A stretch of 27,078 bases of DNA. Origin: Bdellovibrionales bacterium (GTDB lineage: Bacteria; Bdellovibrionota; Bdellovibrionia; Bdellovibrionales; UBA840). The number at the start of each line of letters is the position of its first letter. The stretch's first letter is position 1. The DNA lies in contig JBBKWS010000165.1 of the NCBI GenBank assembly GCA_037969075.1, positions 1 through 27,078 on the forward strand. Reading direction: 5' to 3'. The notes under the pieces were generated by a model, which saw only the letters and a list, made by a program, of their open reading frames with translations, was not told the origin of the DNA and did not search any database. Below are positions 19,331-26,923 of the stretch, piece by piece. Made by a program: the position numbers and the translations under genes.

Positions 19331-19403
19331 CTGTATAAAGTAATATCTGCAGGGCTTAATAGGCAATGTAAAAATATTAAACCCTGCTTCTCATTAATTT
19401 GAA

Positions 19404-19868
19404 CTACATATTAGCGTTGCAGTCATCAATGTGGCGCGTACCGATGGCTACACTTCTATTGTGTGTGAAGTTTAAACCTCTAATGTTCCCCTGAATTGTT
19501 TCATCTAATGAAACTTCACATAGTTGAGTTTCTTGGTTGATATACTCTAATCGGGACAACTTGATTGTAAGATCAACTTTTTCAGTGCTTGGGTTTCCTT
19601 GTATTACGTCATCCACGTTCATGCTTTCGAAAGTAGCCATGCATGGCGCGGCTTCGCCTTCATTTCTATGATCTAATATAGTCACGCCTGCAAGCTCTGG
19701 TATTAATACCTTTAAGACAGGTGAGCTATAGCCAGCTTCAGATAGACGCACGCGAGCTGTTGATAAATCAACATTAACTGTTACGTTTTTGATACTTAGC
19801 TCAGTGATGTTAGCTTGAGCTACTGTTGATATTGTTAGTGCCATCGCAATAATTGTAAGACTCTTCAT
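19404..19868 (-). CDS. Secreted hypothetical protein divergent from LysR
   Basis: Signal peptide MKSLTIIAMALTISTVAQA; AGGGGT RBS; three Cys; no recognisable family. Confidence 0.8.
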   Translation of the reverse strand: MKSLTIIAMALTISTVAQANITELSIKNVTVNVDLSTARVRLSEAGYSSPVLKVLIPELAGVTILDHRNEGEAAPCMATFESMNVDDVIQGNPSTEKVDLTIKLSRLEYINQETQLCEVSLDETIQGNIRGLNFTHNRSVAIGTRHIDDCNANM

Positions 19869-19973
19869 ATTTACCCCTTTTTATGTGCACATCATCGTGC
19901 TGCAGACAAAAAGTAGATGAAAAAGAAGCATAAATATAATGAATTGTAATACTGTTTATGATAACTAATATGA

Positions 19974-20813
19974 ATGATATCATCTACAGAGATAAAATAC
20001 TTTATAGAGTTGGCAAAGACAAAACACGTAACCCGTGCCTCAGAGCGGCTAGGCGTATCACAGCCCACACTTAGCCATTGCCTTAAGCGCATTGAGGAAG
20101 AGGTGGGGGCACAGCTCTTTATAAGATCTAAAAAAGGCGTTGAATTAACTGCCGCGGGAAAGCGTTTTTATGACGGCGCACTTGAGCTTCAAGAGCAGTG
20201 GTCGCACGTTGTGCAATCTGTCCAAGATGAATTAGACTTACCTAAAGGGCTTATCAAGTTAGGCTGTCATACGGCAGTCGCAAGCTATACCCTTCCGGCA
20301 TTCTTACCAAAACTTACCAACTTATACCCCAATATTAGGCTGCAACTGCAACATGGTTTGTCGAGACATATGACAGAAGACGTAATCTCATCAAGGCTTG
20401 ATGTGGCTTTAGCCGTTAATCCCACACCCAACGATGATTTAATTATAAAAGAAGTTTGCAGAGACATGATGACGTTGTGGTGCCCAAAAGCCAATCGAAA
20501 ATCTAAAACATTACTGCTTGATCCCAATCTATTACAAAGCCAGGAGATCTTAAAAAAACTAGGCAAGTGGGGATCGGTCTTTAATAATCATATTGAGTCG
20601 TCTAGTTTAGAGGTGATCGCTCAGCTGTTGGGTGCAGGAGTTGGTTATGCCATTCTTCCCAAGAGGCTTGTGGACTCGATCAGTGCGGGTGATATAGAAA
20701 TGGTAAAGAATGCGCCGATAGTGCATGATCGCGTATGTTTAATCTTCAAATCTGAATTTAGAAAAACCAAACGCGGCAGAACATTTATTGATTTAGTGGA
20801 CGGATCTTTTTAA
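19974..20813 (+). CDS. LysR-family transcriptional regulator
   Basis: HTH TRASERLGVSQPTLSHCLKRIEEEVGAQLFIR...LTAAG; substrate domain with GVGYAILP. Confidence 0.97.
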   Translation: MISSTEIKYFIELAKTKHVTRASERLGVSQPTLSHCLKRIEEEVGAQLFIRSKKGVELTAAGKRFYDGALELQEQWSHVVQSVQDELDLPKGLIKLGCHTAVASYTLPAFLPKLTNLYPNIRLQLQHGLSRHMTEDVISSRLDVALAVNPTPNDDLIIKEVCRDMMTLWCPKANRKSKTLLLDPNLLQSQEILKKLGKWGSVFNNHIESSSLEVIAQLLGAGVGYAILPKRLVDSISAGDIEMVKNAPIVHDRVCLIFKSEFRKTKRGRTFIDLVDGSF

Positions 20814-20826
20814 TTGGGAGCTATGC

Positions 20827-21174
20827 TTGAATCAAAAAATCACAGGATTTCGTAAAGACCTAGAAGATCATTGGGTGACAGAACTTGATTGTGGTCACTC
20901 GCAACACGTTCGTCACGATCCACCTTGGATGGAAAGACTTTGGGTCACAACGACAGAGGGCCGAGATGGTTATATAGGAAAACATCTGAATTGCATTCGC
21001 TGTGATGAATTTGCACTTGAAATAGGAAAAGTATTAATCGAAGAATTTCAAAAAACATTTCTTAAAAATTATCAAGACGCCGGCATTAGTGGATTGTGCG
21101 AAGAAGGAAGATTAGAGGCCGCGTTGGGTACAACACAATCAATCGACATATTAAAATTAGTACAGGGAAAATAA
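20827..21174 (+). CDS. DUF3565-domain protein with an extra C-terminal helical segment
   Basis: WVTELDCGHSQHVRHDPPW..R.WV...EGR....G..L.C..C recognised as DUF3565; GGGAG RBS before TTG. Confidence 0.8.
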   Translation: MNQKITGFRKDLEDHWVTELDCGHSQHVRHDPPWMERLWVTTTEGRDGYIGKHLNCIRCDEFALEIGKVLIEEFQKTFLKNYQDAGISGLCEEGRLEAALGTTQSIDILKLVQGK

Positions 21175-21189
21175 TAATATAAGAAGTAA

Positions 21190-21279
21190 TGGCGGAGGGG
21201 GTGAGATTCGAACTCACGGACCTCGTGAAAGGTCGTCAGTTTTCAAGACTGATGCGTTCAACCACTCTGCCACCCCTCC
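21190..21279 (-). tRNA. tRNA-Ser (anticodon UGA), CCA encoded
   Basis: Acceptor stem GGAGGGG/CCCCTCC, discriminator G plus CCA, anticodon arm TCAGT-CTTGAAA-ACTGA, long variable arm, TTCGAAT T-loop; 90 nt. Confidence 0.98.
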
Positions 21280-21295
21280 ATCCGAAGGAAGACAC

Positions 21296-21324
21296 AAACT
21301 AATGATTTCCACCAAATAACGCAA
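21296..21324 (-). promoter_or_regulatory. Sigma70 promoter of tRNA-Ser
   Basis: Minus strand TTGCGT-N17-TAGTTT ending 16 nt before the mature 5' end. Confidence 0.55.
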
Positions 21325-21437
21325 GAAGAAGCGGATTTTAGCTTAACAAATGATCAGAATCATCACGCTGCTCCAAAGTATAACAATGGGTTATAGTGTA
21401 AATAATATCATTTAATTTGTAAAAACTATATTCGTTC

Positions 21438-21526
21438 CCTATATTCACCAGGTCGCGCACTGAAGCAAGACGTAGCCGAAGCGCCCGCTGCCTAGCGGTG
21501 GAGCACTGAAGCCTGGGGGGATTAGG
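21438..21526 (+). promoter_or_regulatory. GC-rich structured leader upstream of the serine protease (unassigned cis-regulatory RNA or repeat element)
   Basis: 50/73 GC at 21448-21520; 10-bp direct repeat GCACTGAAGC; inner hairpin CCGCT/AGCGG; outer stem pairs over the SD. Confidence 0.5.
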
Positions 21527-22447
21527 ATGTTTAAGGGGATACTATTAATAGGGTCTTTAGGTTTATTAGTTGCCTGTCAAGATGCAGGAGTTACAGGTTC
21601 AATTCTTAATAGCGGCGAAAAAGTCATATATGGCGACGACGACCGTTTAGATCTTTACCAAGTTGAAGATCAAAAAGTAATGGAAAATGCTAGATCAACT
21701 GTTGCTCTAGTTCAAATGAGTAAGATTAGCGCTGCTGAAGACGGGGTATTTAATTTAGCGACTGTTCCGTTATCTGAAAAAATTAATCTTTGCCCATCAG
21801 AAAGATTTAAAGAACAAAATACATTGGCGTTTTGTTCGGGCTCACTAGTTGGCCCTGACCTAGTTTTGACAGCGGGCCACTGCGCTCGTAATTGTGCGAC
21901 TACGGCGATGGTTTTTGATTATGCTGTAAATTCGGCAAGTGATAACCCAAGCCAAGTTAACATTGATAACTTATATTTATGTAAAGAGGTTGTGGACTTT
22001 AAATTAGAACAAGGCTTTGGCGCGGATTACGCACTCTTACGTCTTGATCGTCCGGTAGTAAACCGCAAACCATTAACTGTTAGACGCGATGGCAACGTAA
22101 GCAAGGGAACTAAGCTTTATGTTATCGGCCATCCATCAGGTTTACCAACTAAGGTTGCTGGCGGGGCGAGTGTTCGTGAAATAGATCACAGACCATTTTT
22201 TGTTGCTAACCTAGATACTTATGGTGGTAACTCAGGATCAGCAGTATTTAATGATGCAACTGGCGAAATCGAAGGCATTTTGGTTCGCGGTGAAAATGAT
22301 TATGCCTCTAATGGTGTTTGTATGGAGTCTTTTAGATGTGCAAACGACGAGTGTATGGGAGAACATGTTACAAAAGTAGGCTTAGTTAGTGACTCAATTC
22401 CAAGATCTGAACAATCAGACGTAATTTCTAGCTTAAATTTCGAATAA
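21527..22447 (+). CDS. Trypsin-like (S1) serine protease, lipoprotein
   Basis: Lipobox LVAC; catalytic triad motifs TAGHC, DYALL and GGNSGS; VIYGDDDR mature N-terminus-like motif. Confidence 0.93.
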   Translation: MFKGILLIGSLGLLVACQDAGVTGSILNSGEKVIYGDDDRLDLYQVEDQKVMENARSTVALVQMSKISAAEDGVFNLATVPLSEKINLCPSERFKEQNTLAFCSGSLVGPDLVLTAGHCARNCATTAMVFDYAVNSASDNPSQVNIDNLYLCKEVVDFKLEQGFGADYALLRLDRPVVNRKPLTVRRDGNVSKGTKLYVIGHPSGLPTKVAGGASVREIDHRPFFVANLDTYGGNSGSAVFNDATGEIEGILVRGENDYASNGVCMESFRCANDECMGEHVTKVGLVSDSIPRSEQSDVISSLNFE

Positions 22448-22473
22448 GCTGTTTTAAAACAAGCTAATAGATT

Positions 22474-22506
22474 AAACCCCATCTAGTTGATGGGGTTTTT
22501 CTTTTT
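22474..22506 (+). terminator. Intrinsic terminator
   Basis: AAACCCCATC-TAGTT-GATGGGGTTT followed by TTCTTTTT. Confidence 0.9.
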
Positions 22507-22521
22507 CAGGGCACATTTGTT

Positions 22522-22530
22522 TGTTACAAT
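22522..22530 (+). promoter_or_regulatory. Extended -10 promoter of the M3 peptidase gene
   Basis: TG-T-TACAAT, upstream of the AGGAGGT RBS. Confidence 0.5.
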
Positions 22531-22549
22531 ACTATCTTAGGAGGTACCT

Positions 22550-24574
22550 ATGAATAGCGTACTATTATCATCAGAAAGAGGGGCCTTTGACACCGTCTTG
22601 TTTGAAAAACTAAAGGTAGAGGATTTCATTCCGGCATTAAAAATTGCCATTGAAGAAGCGACAAATAATATTGCAAATCTAAAAAAGAAGCCATCATCAT
22701 TTGAAAACACAATTGAAGGTCTCGAATTTTCTTCAGAAAAATTAGACCATGTACTAACTGTTTATTATAATTTATTTAGCGCAGAGGCATCTGAGAAACT
22801 GCAGGCACTAGCCCCTGAGATATCTACATTAAGCAGTAAGTTTTCAAATGATGTTAGTTTGGATGCAGAGCTTTTTAAAAAAGTAAAAGAGGTCTACGAT
22901 AGTCAAAGTACGTTAAAACTAAGTATAGAGCAGGCGTGCTTACTTGAGAACTCATATAAATCATTTGCACGAAATGGTGCTTTGTTAAATGAAGAAAAAA
23001 AGCAAGAGCTTCGAAGTGTAGATGAAAAATTAGCGCCATTAAGCTCTAAGTTTTCAGAAAATGTATTAAAAGCGACAAATCAATACCAACTACTATTAAA
23101 AAATAAAGAAGATCTAGCAGGTTTGCCCGGTAGTTTTTTAGAGGCGAGTCTTGCTGCCGCCAAAGAGAAGTCTTTAGAGGGACATCTTGTAACGCTACAA
23201 GCCCCAAGTTTGATACCGTTTTTAACTTTTTCGGCAAGAAGAGATTTAAGACAGCAACTAATGACCGCTAATGGTACAAAGTGCACCAAAGGAGACTTTG
23301 ATAATCGTGAAGTTATCAAAAAAACAGTTGAGCTTAGACATAAACGAGCAAAAATTTTAGGATATCGTAGTCACGCAGATTATATTTTAGAAGAGCGAAT
23401 GGCCAAAAATCCTGATCGTGTAATTGCCTTTTTAGAAGATTTATTAAAGGCTTCAAGGGGAGCGGCAAACCGTGATGTTGAAGAGGTAAGGGAATTTGCT
23501 AAAAAACTAGATGGCATAGACACCTTAGAATCATGGGACTTTTCGTATTACTCAGAAAAATTAAAAGAAGAAAAATATGGTTTTAACGAAGAAGATTTGC
23601 GTCCATATTTTCCTTTAGACAAAGCTATTGAAGGTGTTTTTTTAGTGGCCTCAAAGCTTTATGACATTACATTTGTCGAAAACAAAAAAATTACCCCGTA
23701 CCATAAGGATGTAAAAGTCTACGAGGTGCATGATAAAAAATCTAATGAGCTTATAGGTGTGTTTTACGCTGACTTCTTTCCACGTGAAACTAAAAAATCC
23801 GGCGCATGGATGACAGATTACCGTGTTCAACATTTTGTTAAGGGTGAGAAAAAAGTCCCACAAATCAGTATCGTATGTAATTTTACGAAACCAACCGAGA
23901 CAAAGCCTTCGCTTTTAACTTTTGATGAAGTACAAACTTTGTTTCATGAGTTTGGGCACTCACTACATGGACTTCTTTCGAATTGCCAATACCCAAGCAT
24001 TGCAGGAACAAACGTGCACTGGGATTTTGTCGAACTGCCATCGCAATTTATGGAAAATTTCTTGTATGAAAAAGAGGTTCTAGATCTTTTTGCCGCTCAT
24101 TATGAAACGAAAGAAAAAATACCTGCTGATTTAGTAGAAAAATTAAAGCGTAGTTCAAAGTTTCAATCTGGATATTTTTGTATGAGGCAGCTGAACTTTT
24201 CTTTACTTGATATGTACTGGCATTCCTCTGAGGATGGCCTAAAAGAAGATGTGATTGCATACGAGAAACGAGTAACTGAGGCGACGAGACTGCTTCCTTC
24301 GGTGCCTGGAGCTTCGGCCTCGTGCGGTTTTGCGCATATTTTTGCGGGAGGCTACTCTGCTGGTTATTACTCTTACAAGTGGGCAGAAGTTTTAGATGCA
24401 GATGCTTTTGAGGCGTTTAAAGAAGAGGGATTATTCAATCCTCAGGTATCTGGAAGATTTAGAGAAAATATTTTATCTCGCGGTGGGAGTGAAGATCCAA
24501 TGGAGCTTTATAAACGTTTTCGTGGCAGAGAGCCAGATCCAAAAGCGCTACTTCGTAGAGATGGATTAGCCTAA
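22550..24574 (+). CDS. M3A metallopeptidase (peptidyl-dipeptidase Dcp / oligopeptidase A family)
   Basis: LFHEFGHSLH (HExxH), WDFVELPSQFME, FAHIFAGGYSAGYYSYKWAEVL; no signal peptide. Confidence 0.97.
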   Translation: MNSVLLSSERGAFDTVLFEKLKVEDFIPALKIAIEEATNNIANLKKKPSSFENTIEGLEFSSEKLDHVLTVYYNLFSAEASEKLQALAPEISTLSSKFSNDVSLDAELFKKVKEVYDSQSTLKLSIEQACLLENSYKSFARNGALLNEEKKQELRSVDEKLAPLSSKFSENVLKATNQYQLLLKNKEDLAGLPGSFLEASLAAAKEKSLEGHLVTLQAPSLIPFLTFSARRDLRQQLMTANGTKCTKGDFDNREVIKKTVELRHKRAKILGYRSHADYILEERMAKNPDRVIAFLEDLLKASRGAANRDVEEVREFAKKLDGIDTLESWDFSYYSEKLKEEKYGFNEEDLRPYFPLDKAIEGVFLVASKLYDITFVENKKITPYHKDVKVYEVHDKKSNELIGVFYADFFPRETKKSGAWMTDYRVQHFVKGEKKVPQISIVCNFTKPTETKPSLLTFDEVQTLFHEFGHSLHGLLSNCQYPSIAGTNVHWDFVELPSQFMENFLYEKEVLDLFAAHYETKEKIPADLVEKLKRSSKFQSGYFCMRQLNFSLLDMYWHSSEDGLKEDVIAYEKRVTEATRLLPSVPGASASCGFAHIFAGGYSAGYYSYKWAEVLDADAFEAFKEEGLFNPQVSGRFRENILSRGGSEDPMELYKRFRGREPDPKALLRRDGLA

Positions 24575-24575
24575 T

Positions 24576-24607
24576 AAAAAATTAGGCCCTATGGGGAATA
24601 GGGCCTA
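24576..24607 (-). terminator. Intrinsic terminator on the minus strand with a C-rich loop
   Basis: Perfect 10-bp stem TAGGCCCTAT/ATAGGGCCTA; the minus strand has loop TCCCC and a T-tract after the stem (A-tract on plus). Confidence 0.75.
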
Positions 24608-24672
24608 TGGGAATAAATGATAATTAATATAGGGGGGAACCTATTAAAAATCAGTGGAACTTAACCCTAAAT
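24576..24672 (-). ncRNA. Candidate C-rich small RNA (or regulatory 3' UTR of the phosphatase mRNA)
   Basis: Three UCCC(C) motifs, two in hairpin loops; own terminator; possible -10 TACAAT at 24679-24684 (-). Confidence 0.4.
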
Positions 24673-24744
24673 CCTCATATTGTATAATCGATAAAATAGA
24701 TGCGATGGTTCGATTAAATCGAACTAAACTTTCGGCTCAACATT

Positions 24745-25848
24745 CTATTTGGTTAGGCAATCAGAAACGGCATTAAATATTTCGGTGTTTTCCATCAAGC
24801 CTGCAAATGAATTACTGCAAGGGCCACTTGCATATAGAGGCACATCAACAGCAGTGTGGGCAGCAGAGCTCGCGTGCTTTGGTGCCAAGCTAGTAAGTAC
24901 GGGCACATCATCTTTATCTGAAGTCGCAATTTTTCTATCAGCAATAAGCGGTTTCTTTATATTTAAATAACCATTTATATTTAATCCAGCGGTGTCGTGG
25001 TCAGCAGTTACGACTATTAATGTTTTATCTAATAGTTTTGCCAACTTTAATTTATCAATTGCAGTCTGCACGGCTAGAGAAAATTCAGAGGTTTCGATAA
25101 GTGCCTGTTGAATATTGTTTTTATGAAGGGCGTGGTCGATTCTCCCGCCTTCAATCATTATAAAAAATCCTTTTTTATTTTTACTAAGAACATCGATGGC
25201 GGACGCAGTCATTTCAAACAAGCGGGGGTGGGTCTTACTGTCAAATTTATTGGTTTCATAATACGGTAGATGTCCCATATTAAATAAACCAAGGTATTTA
25301 CCAGAGGTAGATGGTAGGTCAGCTTTTTGTTTTAAAACTTTAAAAGTTCCAGGGTCTTTGTTTAGAGCCTCATCTAAAGCCATTGTTGAGCCACCGTAAG
25401 CGAGGTCAATTTTTGAATGTATCAAATCATTGGCAATTCCTAAGTCATTTTCACGGTTATCCTGATGTGCGTAGAAGGCTGCCGGTGTTGCATGCGTAAT
25501 TTCAGTAGTTGTTACCAGGCCGACGCTGTAGTTTTTAGCTTTAGCAATATCGGCCAATGTTTTTAAAGGAGACCGTTTGCCATTATCTTTGGGAGTAAGA
25601 CTTAAAACACCATTGTCTGTTTTAGATCCCGTAGCCATGGCGGTCGCAGCCGCAGCAGAATCCGTTACATGATTATCATTTGATTTTGTTGAGATAAAGG
25701 CAGAGTTAGTAAACTTATCCCAAGCCAACTGGTTGTATTGAATTCGACTGGCAGTAACAACACTTGGGCCCATTCCGTCCCCGATGAATAAAATAACGTT
25801 ATTGGCCGCATAGCTTTGAAATAATGAGAAAACTAAAAATAATATCAT
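24745..25848 (-). CDS. phoA: Alkaline phosphatase (PhoA family), secreted
   Basis: ILFIGDGMG, TDSAAAATA (catalytic Ser), HATPAAF, EGGRIDHALH, VTADH, HTAVDVP. Confidence 0.93.
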   Translation of the reverse strand: MILFLVFSLFQSYAANNVILFIGDGMGPSVVTASRIQYNQLAWDKFTNSAFISTKSNDNHVTDSAAAATAMATGSKTDNGVLSLTPKDNGKRSPLKTLADIAKAKNYSVGLVTTTEITHATPAAFYAHQDNRENDLGIANDLIHSKIDLAYGGSTMALDEALNKDPGTFKVLKQKADLPSTSGKYLGLFNMGHLPYYETNKFDSKTHPRLFEMTASAIDVLSKNKKGFFIMIEGGRIDHALHKNNIQQALIETSEFSLAVQTAIDKLKLAKLLDKTLIVVTADHDTAGLNINGYLNIKKPLIADRKIATSDKDDVPVLTSLAPKHASSAAHTAVDVPLYASGPCSNSFAGLMENTEIFNAVSDCLTK

Positions 25849-25917
25849 ACCTTTAGTTAAAACCTAAAATATGCAAAGTGCAAATTTGAAATCGATTTGA
25901 AGATAATAAAAGTGATT

Positions 25918-25938
25918 TAGTGGGCCAGCGGCCCACTA
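25918..25938 (-). terminator. Hairpin directly after the metalloprotease stop (possible terminator or stabiliser)
   Basis: TAGTGGGCC-AGC-GGCCCACTA perfect 9-bp stem; the U-tract is weak and delayed. Confidence 0.55.
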
Positions 25939-25939
25939 C

Positions 25940-26809
25940 TTAAAGTGAGCTTGGTTTGAACCAGCAATTAGGTCTAAATCCCTCGTCAATGTTTTGTATA
26001 CAAAGATCATCCTGTCTTACTTCAGAGCTTTCCAAAACAAGTCCGCCACGCTTGCTGCAAAATGCTCCTGCCGTATAGGTATCTGTTCTACATTGTGTAG
26101 ATGGATACCCTCTGGTGGTTAAAGTCACAATTTCGATAGATGGTGTTTCTAAGGCGGGAGCCACTTCATTTTTTAAGCTTGCCATTAGTTGGCCTGATGT
26201 TAAGCCAGCCAGTTGGGTTCTTACACACACAGCTTGTTCTTCTGGTGTGTTGTATACGCTCTTACAACGCTCTAGAGTTAATTTTGGTGTATGCGGATTA
26301 TCAAGAATTTCTATTTGCTCTCGTCCCTTTAATAAATGCTTCATGCATCTAAGGGCGCTGTAGTAATCTGCCTGACCTTCTGCAGACATAGTGGTAAGTA
26401 GATCGGCTTGCGGCGCGCCACCTAAATGGTGACCAACCTCATGGCAAACTACTAATCTAAACATATCAATTGTGGTAATTGGATGTCTGGCAAGTCCTCC
26501 GGTAAAAAGCAAAATACTTTCACCTTCGTAAATTGTGGCGGCGGCATTTACCTCTCCATCTTCCCAATCGGCGTAAATCGCAAGCGGCCTACCAACCTGA
26601 ACTTCAAAAACCTGAGAGTAAGCATTGTTAACTTCTGTAAGAACAGAGATAAACTGTTCTTTAGTTATGCCGCCCTCAGATTTGTCATGAACCCCGATAT
26701 ACAAATCATTTTTAGGTAGAAACCCATTGCATAGTTGTTGTTTCTGAATGCTGCTTGATGTGCTCGCCATAAAAGCGAGGGTAAAAATCCCTTTTAATAT
26801 CAAATCCAT
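25940..26809 (-). CDS. Secreted Cys-rich zincin metalloprotease (M48-like)
   Basis: VNAAA, VCHEVGHHLGG (HExxH), EGQADYY third-ligand motif, YPSTQCR; GGGGGA RBS favours ATG 26809 over 26830. Confidence 0.85.
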   Translation of the reverse strand: MDLILKGIFTLAFMASTSSSIQKQQLCNGFLPKNDLYIGVHDKSEGGITKEQFISVLTEVNNAYSQVFEVQVGRPLAIYADWEDGEVNAAATIYEGESILLFTGGLARHPITTIDMFRLVVCHEVGHHLGGAPQADLLTTMSAEGQADYYSALRCMKHLLKGREQIEILDNPHTPKLTLERCKSVYNTPEEQAVCVRTQLAGLTSGQLMASLKNEVAPALETPSIEIVTLTTRGYPSTQCRTDTYTAGAFCSKRGGLVLESSEVRQDDLCIQNIDEGFRPNCWFKPSSL

Positions 26810-26923
26810 CTTATTCCCCCGGCTAAGCATAAAATGCTAAAAATGAGGTTTACTCAAAGAAATAATAGTGAAATATTCTTAAAATATACTCATATCAAAT
26901 GTATTTAATTTCAGGAGAAAAAC

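Noticed and set aside
21175..21279. tRNA-Ser as integration site of an island
   Set aside because: No duplicated tRNA 3' end, integrase or phage genes seen in the window.
21457..21516. Hammerhead ribozyme or ZTP, glycine or cyclic-dinucleotide riboswitch identity for the GC-rich leader
   Set aside because: CUGAAGC and GAAG deviate from the hammerhead CUGANGA/GAAA core, and only fragments resemble riboswitch consensus motifs. Left unassigned pending an Rfam search.
23776..23791. parS-like sequence CTTTCCACGTGAAACT
   Set aside because: Left arm lacks the conserved G (three mismatches to TGTTCCACGTGAAACA), and it coincides with codons for the conserved M3 FFPRE motif.
24617..24664. Plus-strand 15-aa ORF MIINIGGNLLKISGT, or a CsrB-like GGA-loop RNA on plus
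   Set aside because: SD spacing is only 4 nt and the terminator polarity (A-tract before the stem on plus) favours a minus-strand RNA. Not fully excluded without stranded data.
2928..26719. Numerous short or antisense ORFs in the track overlapping real genes (e.g. 2928-3278, 4205-4684, 6012-6416, 16211-16477, 20285-20566, 26115-26363)
   Set aside because: They lie opposite or out of frame within well-supported genes, have no recognisable motifs, and are expected shadow ORFs.
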